Part shown: in pieces, positions 8,815-20,986 of the stretch
How the letters are laid out: each line of letters opens with the position of its first letter
Numbering within the stretch: position 1 is the first letter of the stretch
Made by a program: the position numbers and the translations under genes
DNA from: Solirubrobacterales bacterium
GTDB lineage: Bacteria; Actinomycetota; Thermoleophilia; Solirubrobacterales; 70-9
Assembly: GCA_050999155.1 (NCBI GenBank)
Contig: JBPCPM010000165.1
Location: 1-35,841, forward strand
DNA length: 35,841 bases
Direction: 5' to 3'
Notes under the pieces: generated by a model
What the model saw: only the letters and a program-made list of their open reading frames with translations
Database searches by the model: none
Told to the model about the DNA's origin: nothing

Positions 8815-9019
8815 CGGCCCGCGAGGCCGCCGGCAGCAGCTCGAGCTTCTCGGCGAACAGCTCGTCGTAGAGTTCGAGGTCGTAGCCGAACAGCGGGAAC
8901 GACTCGACGTCGAGCCCGACCTCGTCGGCGAGCTTGATCTCCTCGACCAGCCTCCGCATCCTCCGGCCGAGATCGACGCCCTCGCCCGCCTCGCCGAACG
9001 TGTAGATGCCGAGCCGCAC
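8815..9019 (-). pseudogene. N-terminal fragment (about 65 codons) of a luciferase-like (LLM) flavin/F420-dependent oxidoreductase-type gene, truncated where the tRNA-Thr begins
   Basis: A GTG at 9017-9019 opens MRLGIYTFGEAGEGVDLGRRMRRLVEEIKLADEVGLDVESFPLFGYDLELYDELFAEKLELL with about 97% GC3. The coding signal decays after about 8815, and the frame then runs through the tRNA gene (8670-8743). A second short coding-like stretch lies in another frame at 9031-9132 (VESGSPPGTTIAPIFDRFGGVTVWSESTEG). Confidence 0.4.
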
Positions 9020-9183
9020 CGTCGCCGGTTACCGCCGGTGCCCTCGGTGGATTCACTCCACACCGTGACCCCGCCGAAGCGGTCGAAGATCGGCGCGATG
9101 GTCGTGCCGGGCGGCGAACCGCTTTCGACCACGGTGGCGGCCGCGGCTCGAACACGAATGGGTCGCGATGGTCGCGGGCCCTA

Positions 9184-9347
9184 GCGGCCCAGCACCCGGC
9201 CCAGCAGGGTCATGGCTAGCACGATCACGACGATGGCGACCAGCCACGGACCCGTGACAGAAAGGGGCGCAGCCTCCGATCCGACCTGCCGGCGCAGGGC
9301 CGAATACCCGATCGCGAAGAGCAGGAGAGCGGCAAGGACCGGGAAGA
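9184..9347 (-). CDS. Small membrane protein (54 aa)
   Basis: A GTG at 9345-9347 lies 12 nt downstream of the TAA of the 9363..9857 gene. Sequence VSVVFPVLAALLLFAIGYSALRRQVGSEAAPLSVTGPWLVAIVVIVLAMTLLGRVLGR. GC3 is about 80%. No SD. Confidence 0.35.
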
Positions 9348-9362
9348 CCACCGACACGGTTA

Positions 9363-9857
9363 GGGGCCCGGCGGATCAGGCGCCGCCCGCTCGTCCTCCT
9401 CGACCCGCCAACCCCGGACCTGGCGCACGATCGACGCGATCGCGCCGGCCAGGACCAGGATGCAGCCCACCAGCGCCACCGGGAAACCCCAGCCGAGCTC
9501 GACTAGCCCGAGCGAGCGCGCGATGTCGGCGCCCGGGGTGTTCTGCAGCTCGCGGAGCAGCTCGATCAAGGCCGTCGAACCGACGAGCGCGGACCCCGTC
9601 ACCAGGGCCGACGACCACACGGCTCCTCGGCCGAGCATGTGCAACAGCAGCGCGGCCACGCCGGTGCCGATCAGCACCTTGCCCTGGCCGAACTCGACAC
9701 CCCGGAACGAGATCCCGACGGCTCCTCCCCACGGTCCCAGCGCTCCGGCGACCATGAAGATCGCGCCTCCGAGAATCGCGAGGTGCAGCAGCACCTCGCC
9801 GATCGCCGGATCGCGGACGTCGGGCTCGGTCTGCTGGGTGCCGGGCTCGGGCTCCAT
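9363..9857 (-). CDS. Integral membrane protein (165 aa, about 4 TM), function unknown
   Basis: ORF 9360..9857 has a balanced, hydrophobic composition (…ILGGAIFMVAGALGPWGG…LVGCILVLAGAIASIV…). The opposite-strand ORF 9460..9873 is S/P-rich and spurious. Confidence 0.6.
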
Positions 9858-9959
9858 CGCGAACCCAGCCTAGATGCAGGCCCCGTGGGCCGTTGCCGTT
9901 GCGGGCCCCCCAGCGGCGGCGGGTGGTTGGCCGAAGGCCTCGGGGGGTACTTCTCTCGC

Positions 9960-10127
9960 ATGTCCGGTTGGGATGACGACGATTGGGTGGGCGAACCGCC
10001 TGAGGGCCACCACTCCAGCGATCAGGCCGACCCCGATTTCTGGCGTCGGGCCGCTGCCCCGCTCAGTGCGGCCGGCGGCGTGATCATCCTCGTCATCATC
10101 GTCGTGGCAATCGTGCTGGCTACCTAG
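9960..10127 (+). CDS. Possible small C-terminally anchored membrane protein (55 aa)
   Basis: ATG at 9960 gives MSGWDDDDWVGEPPEGHHSSDQADPDFWRRAAAPLSAAGGVIILVIIVVAIVLAT. GC3 is about 76%. No SD. The stop is 11 nt before the next gene. Confidence 0.3.
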   Translation: MSGWDDDDWVGEPPEGHHSSDQADPDFWRRAAAPLSAAGGVIILVIIVVAIVLAT

Positions 10128-10138
10128 AGGAGACGACA

Positions 10139-10441
10139 ATGATCGGCGCAATCATCCTGGGGTTCGTGGCCGGCGTCATCGGCCGGGTGCTGATGCCCCG
10201 CGACGCCTTCCGCCACATGAGCGGCCCCACGTCGTGGGTGGCCTCGATCGTCCTCGGGCTCGCCGGCGCCGCCCTCGGCTACCTGATCTTCACCGTATTG
10301 CTCGGGATCGGCGACGACGACGTCTTCGACCTCGGCGGTCTGCTGTCAGCCATCATCGGGGTCCTGATCGTGCTGCCGATCGCCGGGTTCTTCGTCCGGC
10401 GCATGGGCGGCGAGCCGGGCAAGGAACGCCGCCGGACCTGA
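10139..10441 (+). CDS. GlsB/YeaQ/YmgE-family transglycosylase-associated small membrane protein (100 aa)
   Basis: Sequence MIGAIILGFVAGVIGRVLMPRDAF…GLAGAALGYLIFTVLLGIG… GAGGAGA lies 7 nt upstream of the ATG. Confidence 0.75.
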   Translation: MIGAIILGFVAGVIGRVLMPRDAFRHMSGPTSWVASIVLGLAGAALGYLIFTVLLGIGDDDVFDLGGLLSAIIGVLIVLPIAGFFVRRMGGEPGKERRRT

Positions 10442-10463
10442 ACCCGGCCGGGATCCAGGGCGC

Positions 10464-10967
10464 TCAGCCCCGGCCACGCCCCGACCCGGACCGGCGCCGT
10501 TCCACTTCCTCCCGGGCCCGCGCCCACCCCCGGCGAGCCGCCTGGGCGCCCTGGTCGACGTAGGGCTTGCTCGCCTCCGCCGTTCGGTGTGCCACGTCGC
10601 GGCTTGAGCTCACACCGCGGTCCAGCCGTTGGCGTGCGTCCGTGATCCCCGCTTCAGCCTGCGGGGTGCGCAGGCTCAGGATCAACGCCCACACCCCGGC
10701 GACGAAGAGCACGAATGCTCCCAATCCCGCCACGGCCAGCGCCCCGACGAAGGCGAACACGACCCCGAGACTCGCCGAATCCCCCTGCACGACGTCGGTC
10801 TCGACCCCCGCGAGTTCCAGAACCGGATCGATCAGGTCGGTAGCAAGGCCGACGCCCCGGGCTTGCAGGTCGATCCACAGCACGACCGCCACGACGCTCG
10901 CGCTGACCAGCATCGCCCCGCCGAGCAGGGTCGTCCAGATCACCGGACGCCAGTTCGTGCGTCGCAT
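10464..10967 (-). CDS. Membrane protein co-transcribed downstream of flotillin (167 aa)
   Basis: Its ATG at 10967 lies 17 nt after the flotillin stop. It has two to three TM helices and a charged C-terminal tail. Confidence 0.55.
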   Translation of the reverse strand: MRRTNWRPVIWTTLLGGAMLVSASVVAVVLWIDLQARGVGLATDLIDPVLELAGVETDVVQGDSASLGVVFAFVGALAVAGLGAFVLFVAGVWALILSLRTPQAEAGITDARQRLDRGVSSSRDVAHRTAEASKPYVDQGAQAARRGWARAREEVERRRSGSGRGRG

Positions 10968-10983
10968 CGTGTGGCCCCAGGGG

Positions 10984-12945
10984 CTAGCTGCTGACCAGGT
11001 CGGTCATCGACCGGACCCGGCGAGCCAGCCGGTTGCGCCGGGCCTGGTCGAGCGGCAGCGAATCGAGCAGCGCGTCGATTCGCCGCTGGTCGGTGGCGAG
11101 GTCGGCCATCGCCGTCCGGGCGCGCTCGTCGGTCCGGATGATCTGGACGAGCTCTCGCAGATCGGCGTCGGAGTGCTCGCTGAGCAGCGCCCGCAGGTGG
11201 CCGACCCCGGTCTCCGCCGTCCGGTCGTGGTCGCGGTAGTCCTCGGCGTCCGGCTCGCCCACCGGCTCGGGCGGGGCGTCGTCGTGGTGGAGCTCGACCC
11301 GGTCGGCCGCTGCGGCACCGGCCGGCGCGGCGGCTGCGGCGGCGCCCGTGCTCGCTGTCGCCGGATTCGGCGAGGGGCGGGCAGAAGCGGAGCCTGACGG
11401 CGGCCGGGGGGTCGGGGCCCGACGCGACGAGGACGACCCCGCCTGAGATGCACGGTCCGTCGTGTCGCTGCGTCCGTTGCTCTTGGAGCTGCGGCCACCC
11501 GAGGCCGATGTCGCACCGGTCCCGCTGTCGCCGCTGTCGCCGCCAAGCTCGGCCGGCTGGCTGCCGTCGGGGTCCGAGCCGTCCGAGCCGCCTCCGTTGC
11601 CCATCAGGTCACGGATGTTCTCCAGCGCTCCGCCGGCCGCGACGATCGACCCGACCACGCTGCGCGAGAGGCCCTCGGCGCCATCGAGCACCGTCAGGTT
11701 CTTGATCGCTCCCAGCGGCTCGGCGAAGGCGCGGGCGATCTGGGGAATGTCGCCGGCGATCTGCTGCTCGATGACCAATCGCCCGTTGTCGATCAGCGCC
11801 TTGCCCTTCTCGCGCAGGCCGGCCGCCTCGGCCAGCTCCCGGCGCTCGATGGCGTCGGCCTCCGCCTCGCCCTGGACGCGGGTGGCGTGGGCGCTCGCGT
11901 CGCCGATCTGCCGCCGGCGCTCGCCCTCGGCCTCGGCTTCGGCGACGAGCCGGGCCTTCTGGGCCTCGGCCTCCTTCTCCACGCGGTAGGCGTCGGCGTC
12001 GGCGCGCTTGCGGATCTCGGCGTCGTAGCGCTTCTCGGCCATCTCGGCCTCGAGCTCGGCGACCTTGGTCTGCTCGACCACGACCTCGCGCTCGGCCCGG
12101 GCGCGCGAGAGCGGCCCGGCCTGGGCGGCGCGCTCGCTTGCCTCGTCCTGCTCGGCCTGGTAGTCGGCCGCCTTGACCTCGGTGTCGCGGCGCACGCGGG
12201 CCACGTCGAGGTCGGCGTCCTGCTTGGCCGCCTCCTTGGCCTGGCGGGCCTCGTCGGCGGCGATCGACGCGGCCTGGGCGACCGCTTCTGCCTGGGGCCG
12301 CCCGAGGTTCTGGATGTAGCTGTTGGGGTCCGAGACCTCCTGGATGGTCAGCGAGTCGATGGCCAGGCCCAGGCGGGCCATCTCGTCGTGCGTGGCGTCA
12401 CGAACGTTGTCGATCAGGCTCTGGCGGTCGGTGATCAGCTCGGGGGTGGTCATGCCGCCGACGAGCGCACGCACCTGGCCGGTGACCAGATCGCGGATCG
12501 ACTCGTTGAGCCGGTCTTCTTTCATGTTCAAAAACCGCCGGGCCGCCGCGGCCATGGCCGGGTAGTTGTCGCCGACCTTGAAAAGGATCACGCCCTTGAC
12601 ATTGACCGCGACCTTCTGGTTGTCGTGACAGTCGACCTCGAAGGAGGCCGAGCGCGAGTCCAGGGGCAAGCGGTAAGTGCGCGACGTGACGGGATTGACC
12701 CACGTGGCCGAGGTGGAGATACGGAAGTCCAGGCCCTCGGTGCGGCGCTCGGAGATCGCCTCGACGACGTCGGCGTCGATGTCGTCGGGCTTGACCGGCG
12801 CGCGGCCGCCCTTGGCCCGCCCGACGATGATCAGTGCCTCGTCGGGCTTGGGGATCTTCCACGCCCGGCGGTACAGCAGGTAGGTGAAGACCAGCGCCCA
12901 GAAGGCGATGAAGGCAACGACGGCTATCCCGATCACGATGTCCAT
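10984..12945 (-). CDS. Flotillin / SPFH (band-7, YqiK-like) protein with a long disordered C-terminal extension
   Basis: The internal start MDIVIGIAVVAFIAFWALVFTYLLYRRAWKIPKPDEALII (ATG at 12945) has AAGGAGA upstream. SPFH core motifs are ITDRQSL…RLGLAIDSLTIQEVSDPNSYIQNLGRPQAEAV, followed by an E/A/R-rich coiled coil. The last roughly 230 residues are a G/S/A-rich low-complexity region and a structured tail, …LRELVQIIRTDERARTAMADL…. Confidence 0.8.
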   Translation of the reverse strand: MDIVIGIAVVAFIAFWALVFTYLLYRRAWKIPKPDEALIIVGRAKGGRAPVKPDDIDADVVEAISERRTEGLDFRISTSATWVNPVTSRTYRLPLDSRSASFEVDCHDNQKVAVNVKGVILFKVGDNYPAMAAAARRFLNMKEDRLNESIRDLVTGQVRALVGGMTTPELITDRQSLIDNVRDATHDEMARLGLAIDSLTIQEVSDPNSYIQNLGRPQAEAVAQAASIAADEARQAKEAAKQDADLDVARVRRDTEVKAADYQAEQDEASERAAQAGPLSRARAEREVVVEQTKVAELEAEMAEKRYDAEIRKRADADAYRVEKEAEAQKARLVAEAEAEGERRRQIGDASAHATRVQGEAEADAIERRELAEAAGLREKGKALIDNGRLVIEQQIAGDIPQIARAFAEPLGAIKNLTVLDGAEGLSRSVVGSIVAAGGALENIRDLMGNGGGSDGSDPDGSQPAELGGDSGDSGTGATSASGGRSSKSNGRSDTTDRASQAGSSSSRRAPTPRPPSGSASARPSPNPATASTGAAAAAAPAGAAAADRVELHHDDAPPEPVGEPDAEDYRDHDRTAETGVGHLRALLSEHSDADLRELVQIIRTDERARTAMADLATDQRRIDALLDSLPLDQARRNRLARRVRSMTDLVSS

Positions 12946-13086
12946 GGCGTCTCCTTGTCCGACTGTCCAGGTCAGGCCGCTGGTGGAGCCGGAGCTCCCT
13001 GCTCGCCCCATGATATCCGTGCTCTGTGAGCGGCTTCTCACGTTCGCCGGCCGGGCGAAACGGCGAGCGACTAGGCTCCGCCGAAC

Positions 13087-13458
13087 GTGGCTGAGCTGCT
13101 GCACACCTGCTACCGGATCGGGGACATCGAACGGTCCGTGGCCTTCTACTCGGCGCTCGGATTCTCAGAGCGTCGGCGGATGCAGGTCCGCGACGGAGCG
13201 ACCAACGTCTTTCTCGGCCTGCCCGGTGACGGCGACCGGCTCGAGCTCACCTACAACCCTGGCGTCGACAGCTACGAGATCGGCGAGGGGTACGGCCACA
13301 TCGCCGTGGCCGCCGGGGATCTCGACGCGACGCTCGCCGAGCTGGCCGAGCAGGGGATCGAGCCGGAGAAGCCTCCCTACTCCGCGCGCGAGGGCGGCAG
13401 CCGCCTGTGCTTCGTCCGTGACCCGGACGGCTATCGCATCGAGCTGATCGAGACCTGA
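13087..13458 (+). CDS. Glyoxalase I / VOC-family lyase (lactoylglutathione-lyase-like)
   Basis: Sequence AELLHTCYRIGDIERSVAFYSALGF…GYGHIAV…FVRDPDGYRIELIE. It starts with a GTG. Confidence 0.8.
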   Translation: MAELLHTCYRIGDIERSVAFYSALGFSERRRMQVRDGATNVFLGLPGDGDRLELTYNPGVDSYEIGEGYGHIAVAAGDLDATLAELAEQGIEPEKPPYSAREGGSRLCFVRDPDGYRIELIET

Positions 13459-13460
13459 GG

Positions 13461-14549
13461 GTGCCCCGGCCTCGGAACCTCACGCCCCGTCAGCGGCTCG
13501 AGAGCCGTGTCGCCCGCTTCGGCGACCTGCTGCCACCCGAGCTGCTGGTCCGGATGTCGGGCAAGCCGCCGATCCACATCGACGGCCAGACGCTGGACCC
13601 GGGAACCCAGCTGTGGCTGTCGATCTCCGAGCGGCTCGACGAGACACCATTCGAGGAGCTGCCGCTCCCCGAGGCCCGTCACCAGACGGTGACCCAGTCC
13701 CAGGTCGTCGGCGGCCGGCCGATAGCGGTCGCCGGAGTCGACGAGTTGATGGTCGACGGTGGCGCCGGTCCGCTGCGCGCCCGCCACTACCGCTGCCCTG
13801 ACCCAGGCGCGCCCCATCCGCTGCTCGTGTTCCTGCACGGAGGCGGCTTCGTGCTCGGCGACCTCGACTCCCACGACGCGATCTGCCGGCTGCTGTGCCG
13901 TGCGGTGGGCGCCGACATCCTGTCGGTCGACTACCGGCTGGCGCCGGAGCACCCGTTCCCCGAGCCGGTCGAGGACGCGACGGCGGCCGTGCGCTGGGCG
14001 CTGGCCAACGCCGCCACGCTCGGCGCCGACCCCGAGCGCGTGGCTGTGGCCGGTGACAGCGCCGGGGGCAATCTGGCGACCGTCGCCTGCTGGCAGCTCG
14101 TGCGCGCCGGCGAGCCCGCACCGATGCTCCAGGTCCTGTTCTACCCGGGCACCGACGACCGGGAGTTCGTCTCCAAGAAGCTGTTCGGCGAGGGATTCTT
14201 CCTGACCCGCAAGCAGATGGACTGGTTCGCCACCACCTACCTCGTCGATCCCGCAAACCGTGACGACGACCGCTTCTCGATCGGCCGCGCCGACGACCTC
14301 ACCGACATGCCGCCCGCGATCATCGTCACCGGGGGGTTCGACCCGCTGCGCGACGAGGGCGAGAACTACGTGCGGGTGCTGCGCGAGGCGGGCAACGACG
14401 TCGTGCACCGGCGCTTTCCGGGCCTCATCCACGGGTTCGCGAACGCGATCGGCGTCAGCCGGGCGAGCCGCGACGCGGTCGTCGAGACGGCCGGCATGGC
14501 CCGCGCGATGCTGACGCCCGCGCAGGTGCGCGAGCCCGTCGAGGTTTGA
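13461..14549 (+). CDS. Alpha/beta-hydrolase fold-3 esterase/lipase (HSL family)
   Basis: HGGGF oxyanion motif and GDSAGG nucleophile motif. Its GTG lies 2 nt after the glyoxalase stop, which suggests an operon. Confidence 0.85.
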   Translation: MPRPRNLTPRQRLESRVARFGDLLPPELLVRMSGKPPIHIDGQTLDPGTQLWLSISERLDETPFEELPLPEARHQTVTQSQVVGGRPIAVAGVDELMVDGGAGPLRARHYRCPDPGAPHPLLVFLHGGGFVLGDLDSHDAICRLLCRAVGADILSVDYRLAPEHPFPEPVEDATAAVRWALANAATLGADPERVAVAGDSAGGNLATVACWQLVRAGEPAPMLQVLFYPGTDDREFVSKKLFGEGFFLTRKQMDWFATTYLVDPANRDDDRFSIGRADDLTDMPPAIIVTGGFDPLRDEGENYVRVLREAGNDVVHRRFPGLIHGFANAIGVSRASRDAVVETAGMARAMLTPAQVREPVEV

Positions 14550-14879
14550 GCGGCGCCTTCGGTTCGGGAACCTCTGGCGGTTGCGAGGATGGCGGCGGCG
14601 CGGGGGCAGTGGCGCGATCTCTACCTCGTCGACGTGGGGCGCGACGGCCAACGGCCGGACGTCGACCTGAGCCTGCTCGGCCCCTGCCACCAGGTTGGCG
14701 ACGGCCAGTACCTCCTTGAGTCCGAGATGGGGCGGTCTCCGATCTACCACGCCGTGAAGCGCCTGCTGCCACCTGACACGGCGCTTTTGGTCGCCCCCCT
14801 GCGCGATGAGCCGAAGTTCAAGGGTCGCCGGCCTGGTGCGCTGGCGTGGCTGCGCGACGACCGCCACCCCGCGGAGAAC

Positions 14880-14900
14880 GCCCTCGGGCGTAGCGAGGGC
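14880..14900 (-). terminator. Weak hairpin (gccctcg-N7-cgagggc) just downstream of the ferritin-like gene
   Basis: A 7-bp stem is followed on the minus strand by GTTCTCC. No clear U-tract. Confidence 0.25.
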
Positions 14901-14921
14901 TGGGCCCGCCAGTCGACGGTG

Positions 14922-15833
14922 CTACTCGGGATCGCGCTCGGCCGCCCCGATCACCGTCTTGCGGCCCTTGGTGCGGCCCTCATAGTCGCGGACCTCGCGG
15001 CGCTCGGCTGCGTCCAGATCGGCGATTGCGCGGACGATTTCGGCGGCGGTCTGCTCGTCGTAGCCGGCCCACGGCTCGCCGTCGGACTCTGCCTCTTGCG
15101 TTCCTGCCTGCCTCGACGTCGTCTCGTCCTCCGCCTCGTCGCCGGTCGCGGCCTCATCCTCGTCACCGCCACCGGCGACAGCGGCGCCGGCAAGTCCCTG
15201 GGCGGTCTCGACCGCTTGGCGGGTGACGGCGCCCGCGGTCGCAGCCCCGGCCCGCGCGGCGTCGACCAAGCCGGTGGTCGTAACGTCGAAATCACCGCCA
15301 TCGCCCACCTGTTCGGCCACGAGGCTTCGGCATAGCGTCTCGATCTGCTCATGCAGGCCAGCGAGCATCTGCTCTTCGTCGGCGCGAATCTCGGCGGCCA
15401 GCGAGGCGGTCTGACGGTCGTCGACCGCCGTCGCCAGGTGCTCGATCGCCAGGTAGGTGGCGATCTCCAGCGCCTCGGTGGCGCACTCGTCGCGGGCGTT
15501 CTTGAGCAGCTTCTCCTCGCCGCTGGTGCCGCGAAGCAGATCCACCGGAGCCTTGGAGGCGGCGAGGATCTGTCCGACGATGCTCTGCAGCGCGCCCACG
15601 GCCACCGACACCACGCGCGTGCCGGCGTCGAGCTCGCGCATGCGGGTTCGCACCCGGTCGGCGTGGCCGCGGGTTTCGGCCAGGTGCTGTTCGAGCAGCG
15701 ACCGGTAGCCCCCGCGCGGCGTCACGGCGATGTGGGCAGTCAGCGTCTGGGCGAGGGCGAGCTCGGTGGCGTGCGCCTCGCGAAGGTAGTCGCGAACCAT
15801 GGAACGGGCGGGAGCATCGATGTCAGTAGGCAT
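14922..15833 (-). CDS. Ferritin-like DUF892 (YciE/YciF-type) protein with an acidic linker and a Rho-N/SAP-like C-terminal motif
   Basis: Sequence …MVRDYLREAHATELALAQTL…HLAETRGHADRV…, then a D/E/A/G-rich region, then …GYDEQTAAEIVRAIADLDAAERREVRDYEGRTKGRK. Confidence 0.75.
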   Translation of the reverse strand: MPTDIDAPARSMVRDYLREAHATELALAQTLTAHIAVTPRGGYRSLLEQHLAETRGHADRVRTRMRELDAGTRVVSVAVGALQSIVGQILAASKAPVDLLRGTSGEEKLLKNARDECATEALEIATYLAIEHLATAVDDRQTASLAAEIRADEEQMLAGLHEQIETLCRSLVAEQVGDGGDFDVTTTGLVDAARAGAATAGAVTRQAVETAQGLAGAAVAGGGDEDEAATGDEAEDETTSRQAGTQEAESDGEPWAGYDEQTAAEIVRAIADLDAAERREVRDYEGRTKGRKTVIGAAERDPE

Positions 15834-15890
15834 GGGCGTCTACCTACCCCAGGCGCAGTTGCAGAAACGGACCTGCTGTGCGAGCGCATT

Positions 15891-16023
15891 GCCGAACCCA
15901 ACCAAACGCCCCCTATACCAACGTCTTCGTTGGGTTCGGCGCGCTGGACACCCCACCTGCGAGGCGTCCGCCGGGTGAACCCAACGAAAGACCCCGTATC
16001 GCGATGTCTTCGTTGGGTTCGGC
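15891..16023 (+). repeat. Two tandem copies, with an 84-bp period, of a roughly 48-bp imperfect-palindrome hairpin element (stem GAACCCAACGAAGAC / GTCTTCGTTGGGTTC)
   Basis: Copy 1 (15891-15940) is gccgaacccaaccaaacgccccctataccaacgtcttcgttgggttcggc. Copy 2 (15976-16023) is tgaacccaacgaaagaccccgtatcgcgatgtcttcgttgggttcggc. Each has a 12-15-bp stem and a C-rich loop on the plus strand. They sit in a 450-bp ORF-poor region between the ferritin-like gene and nrdJ. Confidence 0.6.
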
Positions 16024-16228
16024 CCTGTACCGCCGGCGGTCTACGCGGACGAGAGGCTCGGCGTGGTGCGGCTCACGCGGGCCGGCGAAGTCCGGACGCA
16101 TCGCCCCCGATCGTAGTCGCCCGACCCCGGGGCGCAGGCGGCCGCCAGCTCCGGTCGCCGAATCCCCTCGACGTGCGCCAATGCGATGCAGAACGCGGGG
16201 TTCGGCAACGGGCCGCCACAAACGAGTA

Positions 16229-16251
16229 GCGCCTCCCCGGCGGGGAGGCGC
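16229..16251 (-). terminator. Putative intrinsic terminator downstream of nrdJ
   Basis: gcgcctcccc-ggc-ggggaggcgc is a perfect 10-bp GC stem. It is followed on the minus strand by TACTCGTTTGTGG and starts 38 nt after the nrdJ stop. Confidence 0.45.
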
Positions 16252-16288
16252 TGTCTGCGGATGAGGGTGCCGCGAGCGCGGCGGGCGC

Positions 16289-20340
<4,052 letters not shown>

Positions 20341-20344
<4 letters not shown>

Positions 20345-20904
20345 CGGGACTCCTCCTGGGGGGTCGGATCGGGATCGAGCGGATCAGCCTCGTCCGCGGC
20401 GCGGACGGAAGCCAAGCTCGTGACGGGAACGGAAAGGGGGTTCGCGGCGGAGCCACCGAGGCGGTCGCTGTCGAGTTGGGCGAGCAGGTCGCGAAGCTCG
20501 CCGACATCGTCGAAGTCGCGGTACACCGAAGCGAAGCGCACGTAGGCGACGGGGTCGAGCAGCAGCAGCCCCGCCAGCGCCAGCTCGCCCAGCGCGGTGG
20601 ACGGCAGCTCGCCGCCGGCACCCTCCAGCTCGGACTCGATCCGGTCCACGATCGCCTCGAGGTGCCCGGGGTCGATCGGGCGCTTGTGGGCGGCGCGTAT
20701 CAGCCCGCGCTGCACCTTGGCCCGGTCGAACGGCGAGGCCGAACCGTCGCGCTTGCGGACCACCAACGGCCCGCGCTCGTGCCGCTCGTAGGTCGTGTAC
20801 CGTCGCCCGCATCCCGTGCACTCACGCCGGCGGCGCAGCGCGTCACCCGAAGTACGGGTCTCGATCACGCGGGTGTCGGATGTGTGACAGGCGGGGCAGT
20901 TCAT
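20341..20904 (-). CDS. nrdR: NrdR transcriptional repressor with a roughly 35-aa C-terminal extension
   Basis: The N-terminal Zn ribbon is MNCPACHTSDTRVIETR…CTGCGRRYTTYE, followed by an ATP-cone. The stop overlaps the nrdJ start. Confidence 0.85.
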
Positions 20905-20970
20905 GGCGGTGGTGCTGATTTCGCTCGCTTGGTGGCTCTAGCGCTTGGTTAATGGTGACAAAAGGCTCTA

Positions 20971-20986
20971 GGCACTAGATCTAGGG
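20971..20986. promoter_or_regulatory. Candidate NrdR box (ggCACTAGATCTAGgg) in the nrdR upstream / divergent promoter region
   Basis: It matches the NrdR-box consensus acaCwAtATaTwGtgt (recalled from the literature) at about 12 of 16 positions and contains the perfect palindrome CTAGATCTAG. Four CTAG tetranucleotides occur within 50 bp (20938-20984), and GGCTCTAG is repeated 30 bp apart. Confidence 0.4.

Noticed and set aside
8510-9183. A possible integrative element or genomic island at tRNA-Thr.
   Set aside because: I found no integrase, excisionase or phage genes, and no direct repeat of the tRNA 3' end in the window. The flanking genes are ordinary small membrane proteins. Only a truncation scar is supported.
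14589-15335. A 248-aa plus-strand ORF starting in the esterase/ferritin intergenic gap.
   Set aside because: It has no stop before it runs 400 bp antisense through the clearly real ferritin-like gene. Its high GC3 after 14922 is a mirror-frame artefact. Only the first roughly 330 bp are ambiguous, and these are reported as a finding.
15891-16023. Calling the tandem hairpins a known 6C small RNA or a CRISPR-like or riboswitch element.
   Set aside because: There are only two repeat copies and no spacer architecture. The loops carry 4-5 C's, not the canonical six or more. No known riboswitch consensus is recognisable. The region is kept as an unclassified repeat or structured-RNA candidate.
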